Of a stretch of 64,000 bases of DNA, positions 1 to 12,379 are shown one piece after another. The stretch is from Tubulanus polymorphus (Eukaryota; Animalia; Nemertea). The stretch covers positions 13,238,485 to 13,302,484 of the forward strand of contig NC_134027.1 in the NCBI RefSeq assembly GCF_964204645.1, read 5' to 3'. The stretch's first letter is position 1. Every line of letters begins with the position of its first letter. The translations under genes and the position numbers were made by a program. The notes beneath the pieces are model-generated. The model did not search any database and was not told the DNA's origin. It saw nothing but the letters and a program-made list of their open reading frames with translations.

Positions 1-106
1 TACAATAATGTTGTAAAATATTCATATGCCCTGAGTGGGCTTAATATGCCTGCACTTTGTAAGCTGTTTCTAGCACTCACAAACATCACCAATATGCTAC
101 ACCAAA

Positions 107-520
107 AACTAGGGGTCCAGGTACACTTGGGAAGTGGTTTCAAATGCTCAACAATCTAATTCCAATATATAACGCCCCATGGTGACCATATACCGAAATT
201 AATGACCCTGAAACTCACCACAATCATAGAAAATGTCACGAGCTACAATTTTGCAATTGCTTGTGATGACAAAATATGCCTAGGTATATTCTACTATTCA
301 ATGCCGCCTGGCAACCATATGCAAAATTCAATGACCTTGAAACTAACAATCATAGGACTTGTCATGAGCTACAATTTTGCATTGGATTATGATGACAAAA
401 TATGCCTAGGTATCAATATAATAAGGAAATACAAAGTATCATACTACCCAATACCACCTGGTGACCATATCGAATAACCAATGACCTTCAAATTCATCAC
501 AATCACAGAACATTCAAAAC
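107..520 (+). repeat. Partial pearl/HINE-like element (5' end plus ~154-bp core repeats)
   Basis: Starts aactaggggtccagg like the copies at 18341 and 19522, followed by the same core units (aatgaccttgaaactcaccacaatcataga...). Confidence 0.75.
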
Positions 521-539
521 TGGGTCATGTCAGTACTAA

Positions 540-2315
540 TGTAACAAAATTTCATTTCTCAACACAGATACCTCTATCCCCTTGTTTATTAGCGACCGTA
601 CAGAAGATACATTTCCCCTTACTCCAACTCCGGCGATAACCCGCGGCTCCTTAGTCCCGAAATTGTTCCCGTATTTATCTCGCCTTTTACACACGAAATA
701 ATTATCGAAAGCTATCATGTACGATACCGTTTGAAAGAGGATTATAAAGCGACCAGTGAAGCGACGCGGAGTGAAGATGCAACACGTCGGAGTCGGCAAT
801 ATCAGAACATAAGGCGCGCAGTTTTCTCTTTCAGTCAGTTACTCAGAGAACGTCTTTTTAAGATGTATGTCGGTCCGGGGACAGCGCCGCCTATCGGCGT
901 TGCGGGTCTTGTGCCCGTTCGTCTCTGTTCCTTCTTTCTGAGTTAAAATTAAGGGCCTTGGGCCCACAGAATCCCCCTTACTGTAAATACGTAACTAGTC
1001 TTGAGCATTGTTCCTTGTTAAATATTAAGCTACGGCAAAATCATAGTACGATTTCCTTACTTATGGCCATAAGCCATTGGGCATTACGTTCACCGTCCAT
1101 ACTTATGTATTATTGAAGGGCCCTGTGTTTCTCGTTTGTCCTTAGGAACGTCGTACTATAATCCGTTAATACTTATGTATTAAGTACGGATTCTTGATAC
1201 TAGGTCTTGGGTTCTTGTGCTGATTCCTCCCCGTTCATACTAAAGTATATAGAGACGGGTTTGACCATTATTTGCGCTTATAGCATTATTAAACTATTAT
1301 TCTTCCTCCGTGTATGTGTGATGTAGGCCCTTAAGGCCAGCTTTTATGTGTGTATCTTTAAGTTTCGATAAATTTTATATAGGTAACCCTTATGGTGTTA
1401 TAATGTTCGCGGTCTTTATGTTCGTTGTATAAGTTTGAAGCGTAACAGGAAGTGTCAATCGCATTATCTTTTTCCTTTGTAAGTATGTAAGCATTTGTGG
1501 AGTATGAACCTGTCTTGTATTTGAGCATGACGTATGTCAGTTTCCGGTAGATAAATAAAAGCTGCTGTCGCAGCACGTAATGGTATTAACGATTTAGTAA
1601 TAGTATGTTGGGTAGTAAAACCGTTGACTTGGTCGGAGCGTCCATGGTCTGTATAGAGGCTTACTCTCGGAAATGGTAGAGTCCAGCGGAACGTAGTGCA
1701 ATCCCGTTCGGTTTCTGTTTATTCCGCTATCCAATTTAGGCTCAAGCGAGGAAATTCCACGTCGGGGGTGGGTGACGTGGTGTGTGATACGGTCAGGTTC
1801 ATGTATAGCAACGAAGTCGTATGTTATTGGGTGAACAGAAGGGTGCGCATCGCTATCTGTAGGTTCTAACATAGGGTTGGGCCCGATCCTTAGTTCCCAG
1901 AGGATAGTTTTCGAATCGACCCAGTCATTACGTTCCTGGATCTATCAGCAATCTACACCCGGGGTTGCGGGAATTGCTTACTCGTGTGTTAGGTCGAGTT
2001 AAGCCTGAGAGTCATTTATTATTCTACACACAAACATAACCTCCTGTGGTGGTCGTAGACCCCTTCATAAACATCTTTCCCGTTGTTTACGCGACGCAGG
2101 CGGACCCTTTGTAGCGGCGCCATTTTACATACATCGATTACATAAGTACAAATTTACATATATACACTCTGAGGACATATAAGAGAATCACGCTACCGCT
2201 ATGATCGACCCTGGTGTGAGTGAGTGCACACGCTCGTCCGGTAAGTATGTTCAGGCCCTATGTGGATGAAGAGACATGCTAGAATTTTGATGTATTCGAA
2301 CTACGAAACGCTTCA
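540..2315 (+). repeat. 5' LTR (1776 bp)
   Basis: tgtaacaaaatttc...gaaacgcttca; direct repeat of 7943-10266 apart from four deletions. Confidence 0.93.
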
Positions 2316-2319
2316 AAAT

Positions 2320-2337
2320 TGGTGGCAGCGGTAGGAT
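2320..2337 (+). promoter_or_regulatory. Primer binding site, tRNA-Leu type
   Basis: tggtggcagcggtaggat 4 nt after the LTR; complementary (one mismatch/wobble) to the ...ATCCCACCGCTGCCACCA 3' end recalled for tRNA-Leu. Confidence 0.8.
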
Positions 2338-2519
2338 AATAAATGCGCCATCTACGTCAGAACTACCTATGTTCTAAATGGTCATGCTCAGTACGTTTAG
2401 GTATACTCATGCTTACATACTCCTTTTATCCTTTACAGTCCCTTCCCTAAGGTAGTAAGTCTGTCATTCCTTTGCATTATCTAATGGTTTGATTTTTCTT
2501 GTATTAGAATTCCGTTGCT

Positions 2520-3605
2520 GTGATGGCTAGTGAAGCGTCTAAACGTCCTAATACGCGAGGTCTGAAGAGGACACCGGCAGTGTCCCGAAGTAGAAGTCAC
2601 GATGCTGCAATGCGTGACGGCGAACTTTCTCTACCCGGCGATAGCCTTTGGGTTGGTAGTACCGACCGTGGTCGAAGCAATAATAGTCCCCCGTCCGTGC
2701 ATTTTGATACCGGGGATAATACGTATATCCCAGTATCATTCCCTTTGCAGTCCCCTCTGCATTCTTTCCCTTCTAATAGTGACGATGGAGATAATGCCTC
2801 TACGTCGCTTAGTCGGCATGATCGAGATGGTTTCTCTCTTGGTCGGCCCAAGTTTCGTGCGGTAGAGCCCGAGTCATATTCCCGCGAAGGTGTATGGGAG
2901 GACTACCTCCAGGTTTTCGTTACTGCATCCGAGGTGAATCAATGGAACGATTCTATGAAGGCGGCCATGCTTTTTACCCATCTTAAGGGTGCGGCTCGTC
3001 AGTTGGCTTGTTCATTACCTTTCTCCGACCAGAGGGATTTCTCGCGTATTGTGCAGGCTCTGCATAATAGATTCGGAGCTAGCAATCAGTCGGAGCTCTA
3101 TCTCGCCGAAATTCGTAATCGCAAACGTCATAGAAACGAGTCCCTTCGTGAGCACGGCCAGGCACTTATAACCCTTTCTAGCCGTGCATACCCAGGTATG
3201 GATATGTTGCAACGTGACCGACTTTTGCGGACACACTTTCTTGATGCATTGGATGATAGTGATCTTAGAATGAAGCTCTTCATGAGCAAATGTCAGTCCT
3301 TAGATGAGCTCATTATTCTTGCAGTGGAGCTTGAGGGATATGCTAAGTTGGAGCAAGAACGATTAACTGGGGGGAGGGTATTTGTTAAGAACGTAACTGG
3401 CCGAGAAAATGAGTCTACGGAGTTAGACCAGTTACGGGGGCAAGTAGCTGATTTGACCAAGGCTGTATCCAAGCTTTCTATACCCAATGTTGGACCTCGT
3501 GATCTTTCTACCGTTCGCTGTTTTAATTGCGATCGGATGGGCCACTTCCGACGTAATTGTCCTGGCAGGTCGGGAAACTTCCGTCAGCGGGTCAAGCGGG
3601 AGTAA
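2520..3605 (+). CDS. gag: Gypsy Gag (capsid plus CCHC zinc knuckle)
   Basis: 361-aa ORF with capsid-like region and CFNCDRMGHFRRNC knuckle. Confidence 0.92.
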   Translation: MMASEASKRPNTRGLKRTPAVSRSRSHDAAMRDGELSLPGDSLWVGSTDRGRSNNSPPSVHFDTGDNTYIPVSFPLQSPLHSFPSNSDDGDNASTSLSRHDRDGFSLGRPKFRAVEPESYSREGVWEDYLQVFVTASEVNQWNDSMKAAMLFTHLKGAARQLACSLPFSDQRDFSRIVQALHNRFGASNQSELYLAEIRNRKRHRNESLREHGQALITLSSRAYPGMDMLQRDRLLRTHFLDALDDSDLRMKLFMSKCQSLDELIILAVELEGYAKLEQERLTGGRVFVKNVTGRENESTELDQLRGQVADLTKAVSKLSIPNVGPRDLSTVRCFNCDRMGHFRRNCPGRSGNFRQRVKRE

Positions 3606-6600
3606 GCCCTGCTGCTGACTTATCTCCCACTACACAAATGCACGTGACAGAGAAACCCTTAGTAAAAGATTCTTTGAGACTTCCTGTAATAATCGAAGGT
3701 GTTAAATTCAATTGCCTTGTGGACACTGGAGCATCAGTGTCTATCTTAAGTCATAACTGCTACTACCGGCTGGGTGAACATACGTCTTCGCCCCCTTTGT
3801 CGGATACTTCATTAAACCTCCTAACAGCTAATAAAACTCCTATTCGCTCGTTAGGCCACACGAATGTTGAAGTAAAGCTGTTCCAAAAACCTGTACATTG
3901 GAAATTCGTGGTTGCAGATATCAGTGAAGACGTCATTTTAGGCATGGATTTCCTATCCTTCTTCGACTGTCAGATCTTTCCTAAACGCCGGACCCTCATA
4001 TGTGGCAATGAGCAACTTCATGCAAAATCTCCCAGTTATGGAGCTTGTCTCAATATTGTTTCCTCTTGTCAAAGAGTAGTTGTAGACCCCCGTTCGGAAG
4101 CGTTAATCGCAGGGGTGGCTATGGATATCGAAGCCTATAGCAAGTGGGCATTAGTCGAACCTCGCATTTCTAGTAATATCACTGACGGTATGATGGTTGC
4201 CCGCTGCCTTGTGGATACCGAAACTCATGCAATTCCCGTTCGAGTGTTCAACTCAACGGACCATCTGGTCACCGTCCCCCAGGGTTGTTCTATTGCTTCC
4301 ATGGTCTCAATTGCAAGTCTCGACGACGCTCCGTCAGACGAAGACATACCTGACTCCTTAAATTCGCATTCAGTTAATCATGTCAATTGCGACACCCCTG
4401 ATTACCTTATAGATCTGATTCAACGTAGCTCTGAAGGATTCAATGATAAAGACGCTGCGAAGATTCGCGAATTGATTTCAAATTATTCGGACATATTCGT
4501 CCAATACGATATGGATCTTGGTACCGCTAAGGGCATAAAGCATACTATCGACGTTGGTAATGCTCGTCCCGTTAGACAGCGACCCCGTCGTCTGCCCCAG
4601 GTAAAACAAGACGAGGCTGACCGCCAAGTTAAAGAAATGCTCGAAAAAGGGGTCATAGAGCCATCCACCAGTCCTTGGGCAAGTCCCATCGTCTTAGTTA
4701 CCAAGAAAGACGGTAGTACCCGTTTCTGTATAGATTACCGAAGATTAAATGAAGTCACGTTAAAAGACGCATATCCCCTTCCTCGCATTGACAATTCTTT
4801 GAGATCCCTCCACTGCGCCAAGTATTTCTGCGTTATGAATTTAGCTAGTGGTTATTGGCAGGTCAAGCTCGACGAAGATGCGAAGGAAAAGTCGGCGTTT
4901 GTGATGAGAAATGGCTTGTATCAGTTTAAGAAAATGCCTTTCACGTTTGAAGGCTTGATGGAGAACGTCCTATCCTCGTTGCAATACAAAATCTGTCTGG
5001 TTTATCTAGACAACGTGATTGTTTTTGGCTCGTCCCTTGATGCCACGTTAGAAAACCTTGGACGGGTATTTGAGCGCTTCCGTTTGTCTGGGTTAAAATT
5101 AAAGCCTAAGAAGTGCAACTTCTTTCGAGCGTCGGTCCAATACTTAGGCCATATCGTCTCAGAAGCTTGCATTTCTTGCGATCCCGAAAAATTGAGAGCA
5201 GTGAGCGAGTGGCCTATTCCACGTACAGTCACCGGAGTCCGCTCTTTCATGGGCCTCGCGTCGTATTACAGGTCTTTTTGTCCGAACTTTGCATCCGTAG
5301 CTAAACCCCTCCATCGTCTCACCGAGAAGGGTAGAGAGTTCCTTTGGACTGCTGAGTGTCAACAAGCTTTTGAAACTTTGAAATCACTGCTCACTACATC
5401 CCCTGTACTAGCTTATCCTGATCTGAGAATCCCTTTTATCCTTGACACTGATGCAAGTGATACGGGCATCGGTGGTGTTCTTTCCCAGGTACACGCTGGT
5501 AGCGAACGAGTCATAGCTTATGCCAGTCGTTCATTGTCCAAAGAACAGCGCAATTATTGCGTAACCAGGAAGGAATTACTGGCCGTTGTCACGTTTGTCA
5601 AATATTTCCGACATTATCTATGGGGTACTCGCTTTACTTTGCGAACTGACCACGGATCCCTTAGGTGGCTTACCTCCTTTAAAGAACCCGAGGGCCAAGT
5701 AGCTCGGTGGATAGCCGTCCTTAGCACGTACGACTATGAACTCCTTCACCGCCCCGGGCGAAACCACGGAAATGCCGACGCGTTATCACGTCAGAACTGT
5801 TCGCAGTGTCGTAGGATCGAGCGTAAGAGTAGATCGCCCGTACCCTCTGACGAGGTAGGCGTTAATACTATCGGCAGTGTCACTACCGCGGTAGGTTTCT
5901 CTCTACTTCCACATTGGTCTAAAAAAGAGTTAGCGTCCGCTCAGCGTTGTGACCCGGAATTGCGATGGATACTTCGAAAGTTGAAAGATAAGGTCCGCCC
6001 TAGCCACGAAGAGTCTGCTTCTAAGGGCCCGTCTGACCGTTTCTAGTCTACCCGTTGGGAGAACCTCCGTTTCGTGGATGGTTTGCTTCACATCATTATG
6101 CACAGGGAAGGTCACTCCGATTCAACTATCTTACTTTTACCGAAGCAGTTTCGACAGGAGGTGCTCGAACATTTTCACGGCCACCTTGTTCGCGGGCACT
6201 TTGGCGTCAAGCGCACATTGACCGCAATACACGGCAGGTACTTTTGGTACGATATAAAGAGCGATGTCGCCGTTTGGTGCAGAAATTGTGAGTTGTGTCT
6301 CTCCCGGAAAAACCCTACTCGGCCAAATCACGGTCCTCTACAGTCCTCGGTAGTTGGATTCCCTATGCAAAAAGTTGCCATGGACATCGTTGGTAATTTC
6401 CCTAGAACTAGCCGTGGTAATATCGCCATACTTGTCGTAGCCGACTACTTCACTAAGTGGGTGGAGGCTTATCCTATCGCCAACAAGGAAGCTGTCACGG
6501 TAGCCGAAATTCTTACCCGTGAATTCTTTCCCCGTTTTGGAATACCTGATCAATTACATTCCGATCAAGGTAGTAACTTCTTGTCTAAAATCATGAAGGA

Positions 6601-7318
6601 GGTATGCGAACTCCTTCGCATAAGGCAAACCCGTACTAGTCCTTATCACCCGCAATCCGACGGTCTCGTCGAGCGATTCCATCGCACATTAGTATCGGAG
6701 CTTTCTCTAGTAATTGAAGAAAGTCAAGATGATTGGGATCTGCAGCTTCCGTTCGTAACTATGGCTTATCGAGCCTCCAGGCACGATGCTACTGGCTTCA
6801 CTCCTAACTTTCTTATGTTGGGTCGTGAGCTCCCTGCGCCTTTGGATCTTTTATCCGGAAGATCGTTGTCTCTTGCACAAGAACAAACATCTTATGCCCG
6901 TGAACTCCGCGAGCGTACTTCCACTGCTTATGACCGCACTCGGAACTCCTTAAGTCGACGTATAGTCTTCATGTAAAACCAGTATGACAAAAAGGCTCGA
7001 GGACACCCTTTTCGTGTCGATCAGTTAGTTTGGTTACATCAACCCGCCGTGCCTCTCGGTAAATCTCCGAAACTTTGGAAGCATTGGGTTGGTCCTTGTA
7101 CTATCGTCCAAGACCTTAATGACGTAACTTATCGTATCCGGTTGCCCAATGCCTCTGAGAAAGTGGTTCACTTCGATCGTCTCAAAATCCATCCGCGTCC
7201 GGATGCAGACATTTCTCTTTCGGTCCCTCGTGCGATTGACACTGCTAATCCTCCTTTAGCAACGAAAACTCGTAGTGGAAGGGTCGTACACCGTCCCGTT
7301 CGATATTCGTGTACTTAA
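3557..7318 (+). pseudogene. pol: Gypsy Pol (protease, RT, RNase H, integrase) with two in-frame stops
   Basis: LVDTGAS protease; RT with YLDN instead of YLDD; DASD RNase H; HHCC and DDE integrase. ORFs at 3557, 6074 and 7049 share one frame, with stops at 6044-6046 and 6974-6976. Confidence 0.92.
3572..3629 (+). promoter_or_regulatory. -1 ribosomal frameshift site with H-type pseudoknot
   Basis: G GGA AAC heptamer in gag frame at 3572-3578; pol is in the -1 frame; stem gtcagcgg/ctgctgac and loop gggagtaag pairing with cttatctccc. Confidence 0.8.
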
Positions 7319-7346
7319 CTCTTGATCCTTTCTTTTGTCTTCGCAG

Positions 7347-7785
7347 GCCTACGTGTAAAGTGTGCGAAGGGGTTTTCCCCACCTCCATCTTTGAATCGCA
7401 TATGATGAAATATCATAACAGTGCGGCAATCGAGGCACCCGTTAGTGCCACGCCCTCCACCAGCAAATTAGATCTTATCTTTGCACAGGTCGCCGAGGCT
7501 GGAGCGGAAGGCGAACCGGCGCCAAAACTGGTCACCGTGAAAAAACGGAAGCGGATTCCTGTTATACCTCCGTGTTTCCCGCCTAAGGAATCCATCGTCC
7601 TTTCACCAAGCGTAACGAGCCGGGATGCTTCTACTCAGACGGACGCCCCCGCCGAAAGAGAATACGTTCTGTTGCATGAACACCTCGGGGTCAAGTATCT
7701 CGGTTACGCAGGAGATGCATTCAACTGCGCTCAGTGCCGCGTCTACATAGCACAAAATCGCCACTTGTTAGAATCCATGAAATAA
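7347..7785 (+). CDS. Accessory ORF3, C2H2-like zinc-finger protein, probably a spliced 3' exon
   Basis: CKVC-x11-H-x4-H, basic KKRKR and a C-terminal HEH...CAQC; preceded by branch point, pyrimidine tract and CAG (7344-7346); followed by aataaa. Confidence 0.6.
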
Positions 7786-7942
7786 ATGCTGCCTTTAATA
7801 AAATAATAGTAATTCCGTATTCTTCTTCTGAGGTATTATCCGTCTTTAACGTTCGACTAAATTTGGAAATCTGCTGATCACCTCTCCTTGAGGAAATTTT
7901 GTTGCTATGTTGTTCGACCTTGTTCGGTCTGACAGGGGGTCG

Positions 7943-10266
7943 TGTAACAAAATTTCATTTCTCAACACAGATACCTCTATCCCCTTGTTTATTAGCGACC
8001 GTACAGAAGATACATTTCCCCTTACTCCAACTCCGGCGATAACCCGCGGCTCCTTAGTCCCGAAATTGTTCCCGGTGGTAAATAGTGCCGCCGCCGTATT
8101 TATCTCGCCTTTTACACACGAAATAATTATCGCAAGCTATCATGTACGATACCGTTTGAAAGAGGATTATAAAGTCTTGACTCGGTGAAAGCATCTACTA
8201 ATGTCATCGTTTTTAGGCGACACGAGTTGTAGTTTGGTAGATGAACCGATTTCGCCGGTTTGTTTACTTCCGGTCCGGCCACATGGCCCGCTCGATAAGC
8301 GGGAGAGTTAAAGTTTCTACGAAGACGTCTTGTTACTGTCACCATAACATATCACCTTAGTATTTAGTCACAGAAATTAAGTTCTTAGATAATTATCATT
8401 ATTACAAACCTAGAAGATGATTTCGGCACCTTCGTGTCTTAAAACTAACGAGTATTCGACGGTTAAACCGGCGATCTCGAACGCAGTCACCCATGACGGC
8501 AGCCTTTCGGGACCTCACTTGACTTAACGACCGAACTATCTAATACGAATTTCATATCATCAGAAAGTACAAGTTCCAAGCTTTTTAATGGTATATTACT
8601 TCGATAAGAAGACAACGTAGTTCAGCAGCAAAGCGGCTCGGAAGAATCCTAGGAAGCACATCCGACAGGGCGGCCATTGTTGAGCGACCAGTGAAGCGAC
8701 GCGGAGTGGAGATGCAACACGTCGGAGTCGGCAATATCAGAACATAAGGCGCGCAGTTTTCTCTTTCAGTCAGTTACTCAGAGAACGTCTTTTTAAGATG
8801 TAAGTCGGTCCGGGGACAGCGCCGCCTGTCAGCGTTGCGGGTCTTGTGCCCGTTCGTCTCTGTTCCTTCTTTCTGAGTTAAAATTAAGGGCCTTAGGCCC
8901 ACAGAATCCCCCTTACTGTAAATACGTTACTAGTCTTGAGCATTGTTCCTTGTTAAATATTAAGCTACGGCAAAATCATAGTACGATTTCCTTACTTATG
9001 GCCATAAGCCATTGGGCATTACGTTCACCGTCCATACTTATGTATTATTGACGGGCCCTGTGTTTCTCGTTTGTCCTTAGGAACGTCGTACTATAATCCG
9101 TTAATACTTATATATTAAGTACGGATTCTTGATACTAGGTCTTGGGTTCTTGTGCTGATTCCTCCCCATTCATACTAAAGTATATAGAGACGGGTTTGAC
9201 CATTATTTGCGCTTATAGCATTATTAAACTATTATTCTTCCTTCGTGTATGTGTGATGTAGGCCCTTAAGGCCAGCTTTTATGCGTGTATCTTAAAGTTT
9301 CGATAAATTTTATATAGGTAACCCTTATTGTGTTATAATGTTCGCGGTCTTTATGTTCGTTGTATAAGTTTGAAGCGTAACAGCAAGTGTCAATCGCATT
9401 ATCTTTTCCCTTTGTAAGTATGTAAGCATTTGTGGAGTATGAACCTGTCTTGTATTTGAGCATGACATATGTCAGTTTCCGGTAGATAAATAAAAGCTGC
9501 TGTCGCAGCACGTAATGGTATTAACGATTTAGTAATAGTATGTTGGGTAGTAAAACCGTTGACTTGGTCGGAGCGTCCATGGTCTGTATAGAGGCTTACT
9601 CTCGGAAATGGTAGAGTCCAGCGGAACGTAGTGCAATCCCGTTCGGGTGACGGGCGGTTTCTGTTTATTCCGCTATCCAATTTAGGCTCAAGCGAGGAAA
9701 TTCCACGTCGGGGGTGGGTGACGTGGTGTGTGATACGGTCGATTCAGGTTCATGTATAGCTACGAAGTCGTATGTTATTGGGTGAACAGAAGGGTGCGCA
9801 TCGCTATCTGTAGGTTCTAACATAGGGTTGGGCCCGATCCTTAGTTCCCGGAGGATAGTTTTCGAATCGACCCAGTCATTACGTTCCTGGATCTATCAGC
9901 AATCTACACCCGGGGTTGCGGGAATTGCTTACTCGTGTGTTAGGTCGAGTTAAGCCTGAGAGTCATTTATTATTCTACACACAAACATAACCTCCTGTGG
10001 TGGTCGTAGACCCCTTCATAAACATCTTTCCCGTTGTTTACGCGACGCAGGCGGACCCTTTGTAGCGGCGCCATTTTACATACATCGATTACATAAGAAC
10101 ACATTTACATATATACACTCTGAGGACATATAAGAGGATCACGCTACCGCTATGATCGACCCTGGTGTGAGTGAGTGCACACGCTCGTCCGGTAAGTATG
10201 TTCAGGCCCTATGTGGATGAAGAGACATGCTAGAATTTTTATTTATTCGAACTACGAAACGCTACA
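7943..10266 (+). repeat. 3' LTR (2324 bp)
   Basis: tgtaacaaaatttc...gaaacgctaca, preceded by gacagggggtcg. Confidence 0.93.
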
Positions 10267-10336
10267 CTCATAATGAAAGTGTGTTTTGATGACTCCAACG
10301 TCCCGTTTCTGTTAGGTTCGATTCCCACAATAAATA

Positions 10337-10933
10337 CCGTAAAAACCGGCGTATAAGTCTACGCGGCGTATAAGTCGAGGTCGATTTTTAGACCTACATT
10401 TTATGATTTTAACATATATCCGGCTTATAAGTCGAGTCCCTTCTCTTAGAAGAATAATTACTAGTATCATTGTATTGAATAGTTTGTTTTGATAACGATG
10501 TGTGCCTTCACGCACGCCGCCACACGTCAGCCTGATTGCTGCTGTGTGTTAATCAATAGACTGTTACACACACTCAGGTATAATACACTACCATACAGTG
10601 ATACAGTAGTGTGAGTCACATGCTATATATAGCCTAATGTATTAAGCGCTGCTATGAGCGCGCATATATGAATACATCGTTTTAAATGAAGCTGTGTCAA
10701 AATGAAAGAAGTTTTTTTCATTAAATAACTTTATTTATCATATATAATTAATATATATAATAATTATTCAAACTGTTATAGCACTGTTATAGTCTTTTTT
10801 GTCTGGTAGAATTAATATTTCTTGTGACCTGAAAATACTTCGTAGAAAACTGTACTCGGCGTATAAGTCGAGGTCAATAATTTAGTGGTAAAATCAAGGG
10901 TTAAAAACTCGACTTATACGCCGGTTTTTACGG
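10337..10933. mobile_element. MITE, Tc1/mariner-pogo-like
   Basis: TIR ccgtaaaaaccggcgtataagtc / gacttatacgccggtttttacgg; TA TSD; internal copies of gtataagtcgagg. Confidence 0.85.
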
Positions 10934-11331
10934 TACGTGTCTTATTTCAATTCGATTTGCACTTTGATGTTAGGACCTGTTTCATTAAAATACATATTAA
11001 CTCAAAGATCAACTAAATAATAACAAGTGGTAGATAATCTAAATCAATCAGGAAATAAAATCGATTAAATAGTTGATCCTTTAATATTTGCCCTGTGAAA
11101 TCATTGGACTAACGGCAACGGCAGACTTTACTATCATGAATGCTTTTACAGTTCAGTATCGTCCACCGATCTCCAGTCAATCATCTGTCAATTAATTTCT
11201 GCAGAGCAAAGTAGAACAAGTGCATACGAAATGTGCATCTACTGAGAGACTCCCGAACACCGAGCTGGCACGTGTTCAATATATATACCGGTATACGTCA
11301 ACGAAATACGTCAATGAAACGTTTGCCATTA

Positions 11332-11660
11332 AGGGCTTTCCCATAATTATTTTAGCAGCGCCGGAATTCCCCGTATATCCCAAAAAAAGCCAATCACATT
11401 CCCTCATAGAGACGACGCCCCCGCCCCCCCCCCCCCATCGAGGTCATTGCAATTTTATATGCAAAAGCTAAGAATTTTCCCACCAAAAACAGTTGGCCAT
11501 GTCATCGACGGAGGTTCGTCATGTCTTAAATCGCATCGATTATACATCGTTTAACTCGAGAACCAACGAAAAAATGCTCACATAAAAAAACGTACCGCGA
11601 TTTTACATGAATTGGCTCAACGCCAACCTCATACTGCTGACAAAGGTAAACCAAAAATTT
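11332..11660 (+). repeat. Dispersed repeat, copy 1 (copy 2 at ~15514-15850)
   Basis: ggctttcccataat...gcgccggaattccccgtatatcc...caaaggtaaaccaaaa shared by both. Confidence 0.8.
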
Positions 11661-11753
11661 CAAGTTCTCTTCTGACAGTGGCTAGGTTGCTGTCGTTTTT
11701 TTCCACAGGACCAAATTTCCAGTTAAAATATCATTAGTAGCTAGACAACAATA

Positions 11754-12379
11754 CCGTATTTTCCGGCCAATAAGCCAACTCGGCCAATAAGCCGAGGGCA
11801 GTTTTTTAGCCTAAAATACATGGATTTCATAAAGCTTCGCCCAATAAGCCGAGGCCCTTCATCAGAGATTTTAATTCACTGATTTGTCAATTAGTTCGTC
11901 TTAATTGACGATTTAAGAGGCTGACAGTAGCGCCCGCCGATGTGTGAGAGTTCTGTGTATACTATCATCGCCGAGTGACTGTGCTATATATAGACTCACT
12001 CAGCTGATTACTATACACACAGCCATACACGCAGTACGCGGCTCACTGCTGATTTGCATATATACTAATGTATGAACTGACACGTGGTAGTACGATGAAC
12101 TCGCGCGTTATATAAATGTATTCCATTGCCGCTGTGCGGTGATGGAACAATCAAAGTAAAAATAAAATAGTTCAAAATAGATTATAATTGGTAGTAAATA
12201 ATGACCTCAAATAAATATTGACCACTTTTCTTGATTTTGACGATCATTGAGAGCATTAGAGTGGCATAGATCAGGAAGTGATTTTTTTATGTCAGATCGT
12301 ATTCGCCCAATAAGCCGATCACGATATTTTGGGTAAAAATCTGAGGCTAGAAAATCGGCTTATTGGCCGGAAAATACGG
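11754..12379. mobile_element. MITE, Tc1/mariner-pogo-like (sister family)
   Basis: TIR ccgtattttccggccaataagcc / ggcttattggccggaaaatacgg; TA TSD; internal ccaataagccga repeats. Confidence 0.85.

Larger units (their letters stand above)
540..10266 (+). mobile_element. Full-length Ty3/Gypsy LTR retrotransposon (inactivated)
   Basis: Two LTRs TG...CA, PBS, gag-pol in PR-RT-RH-IN order, purine tract before the 3' LTR; flanks ctaa/ctca may be a 4-bp target-site duplication (TSD) with one mismatch. Confidence 0.95.

Noticed and set aside
860-925. GC-rich double hairpin in the LTR as a possible HDV-like ribozyme
   Set aside because: Could not build the nested pseudoknot; the LTR difference is not compensatory
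1358-1872. Minus-strand ORFs inside the LTRs (also 9266-9680)
   Set aside because: Short, no motifs, and frames differ between the two LTRs
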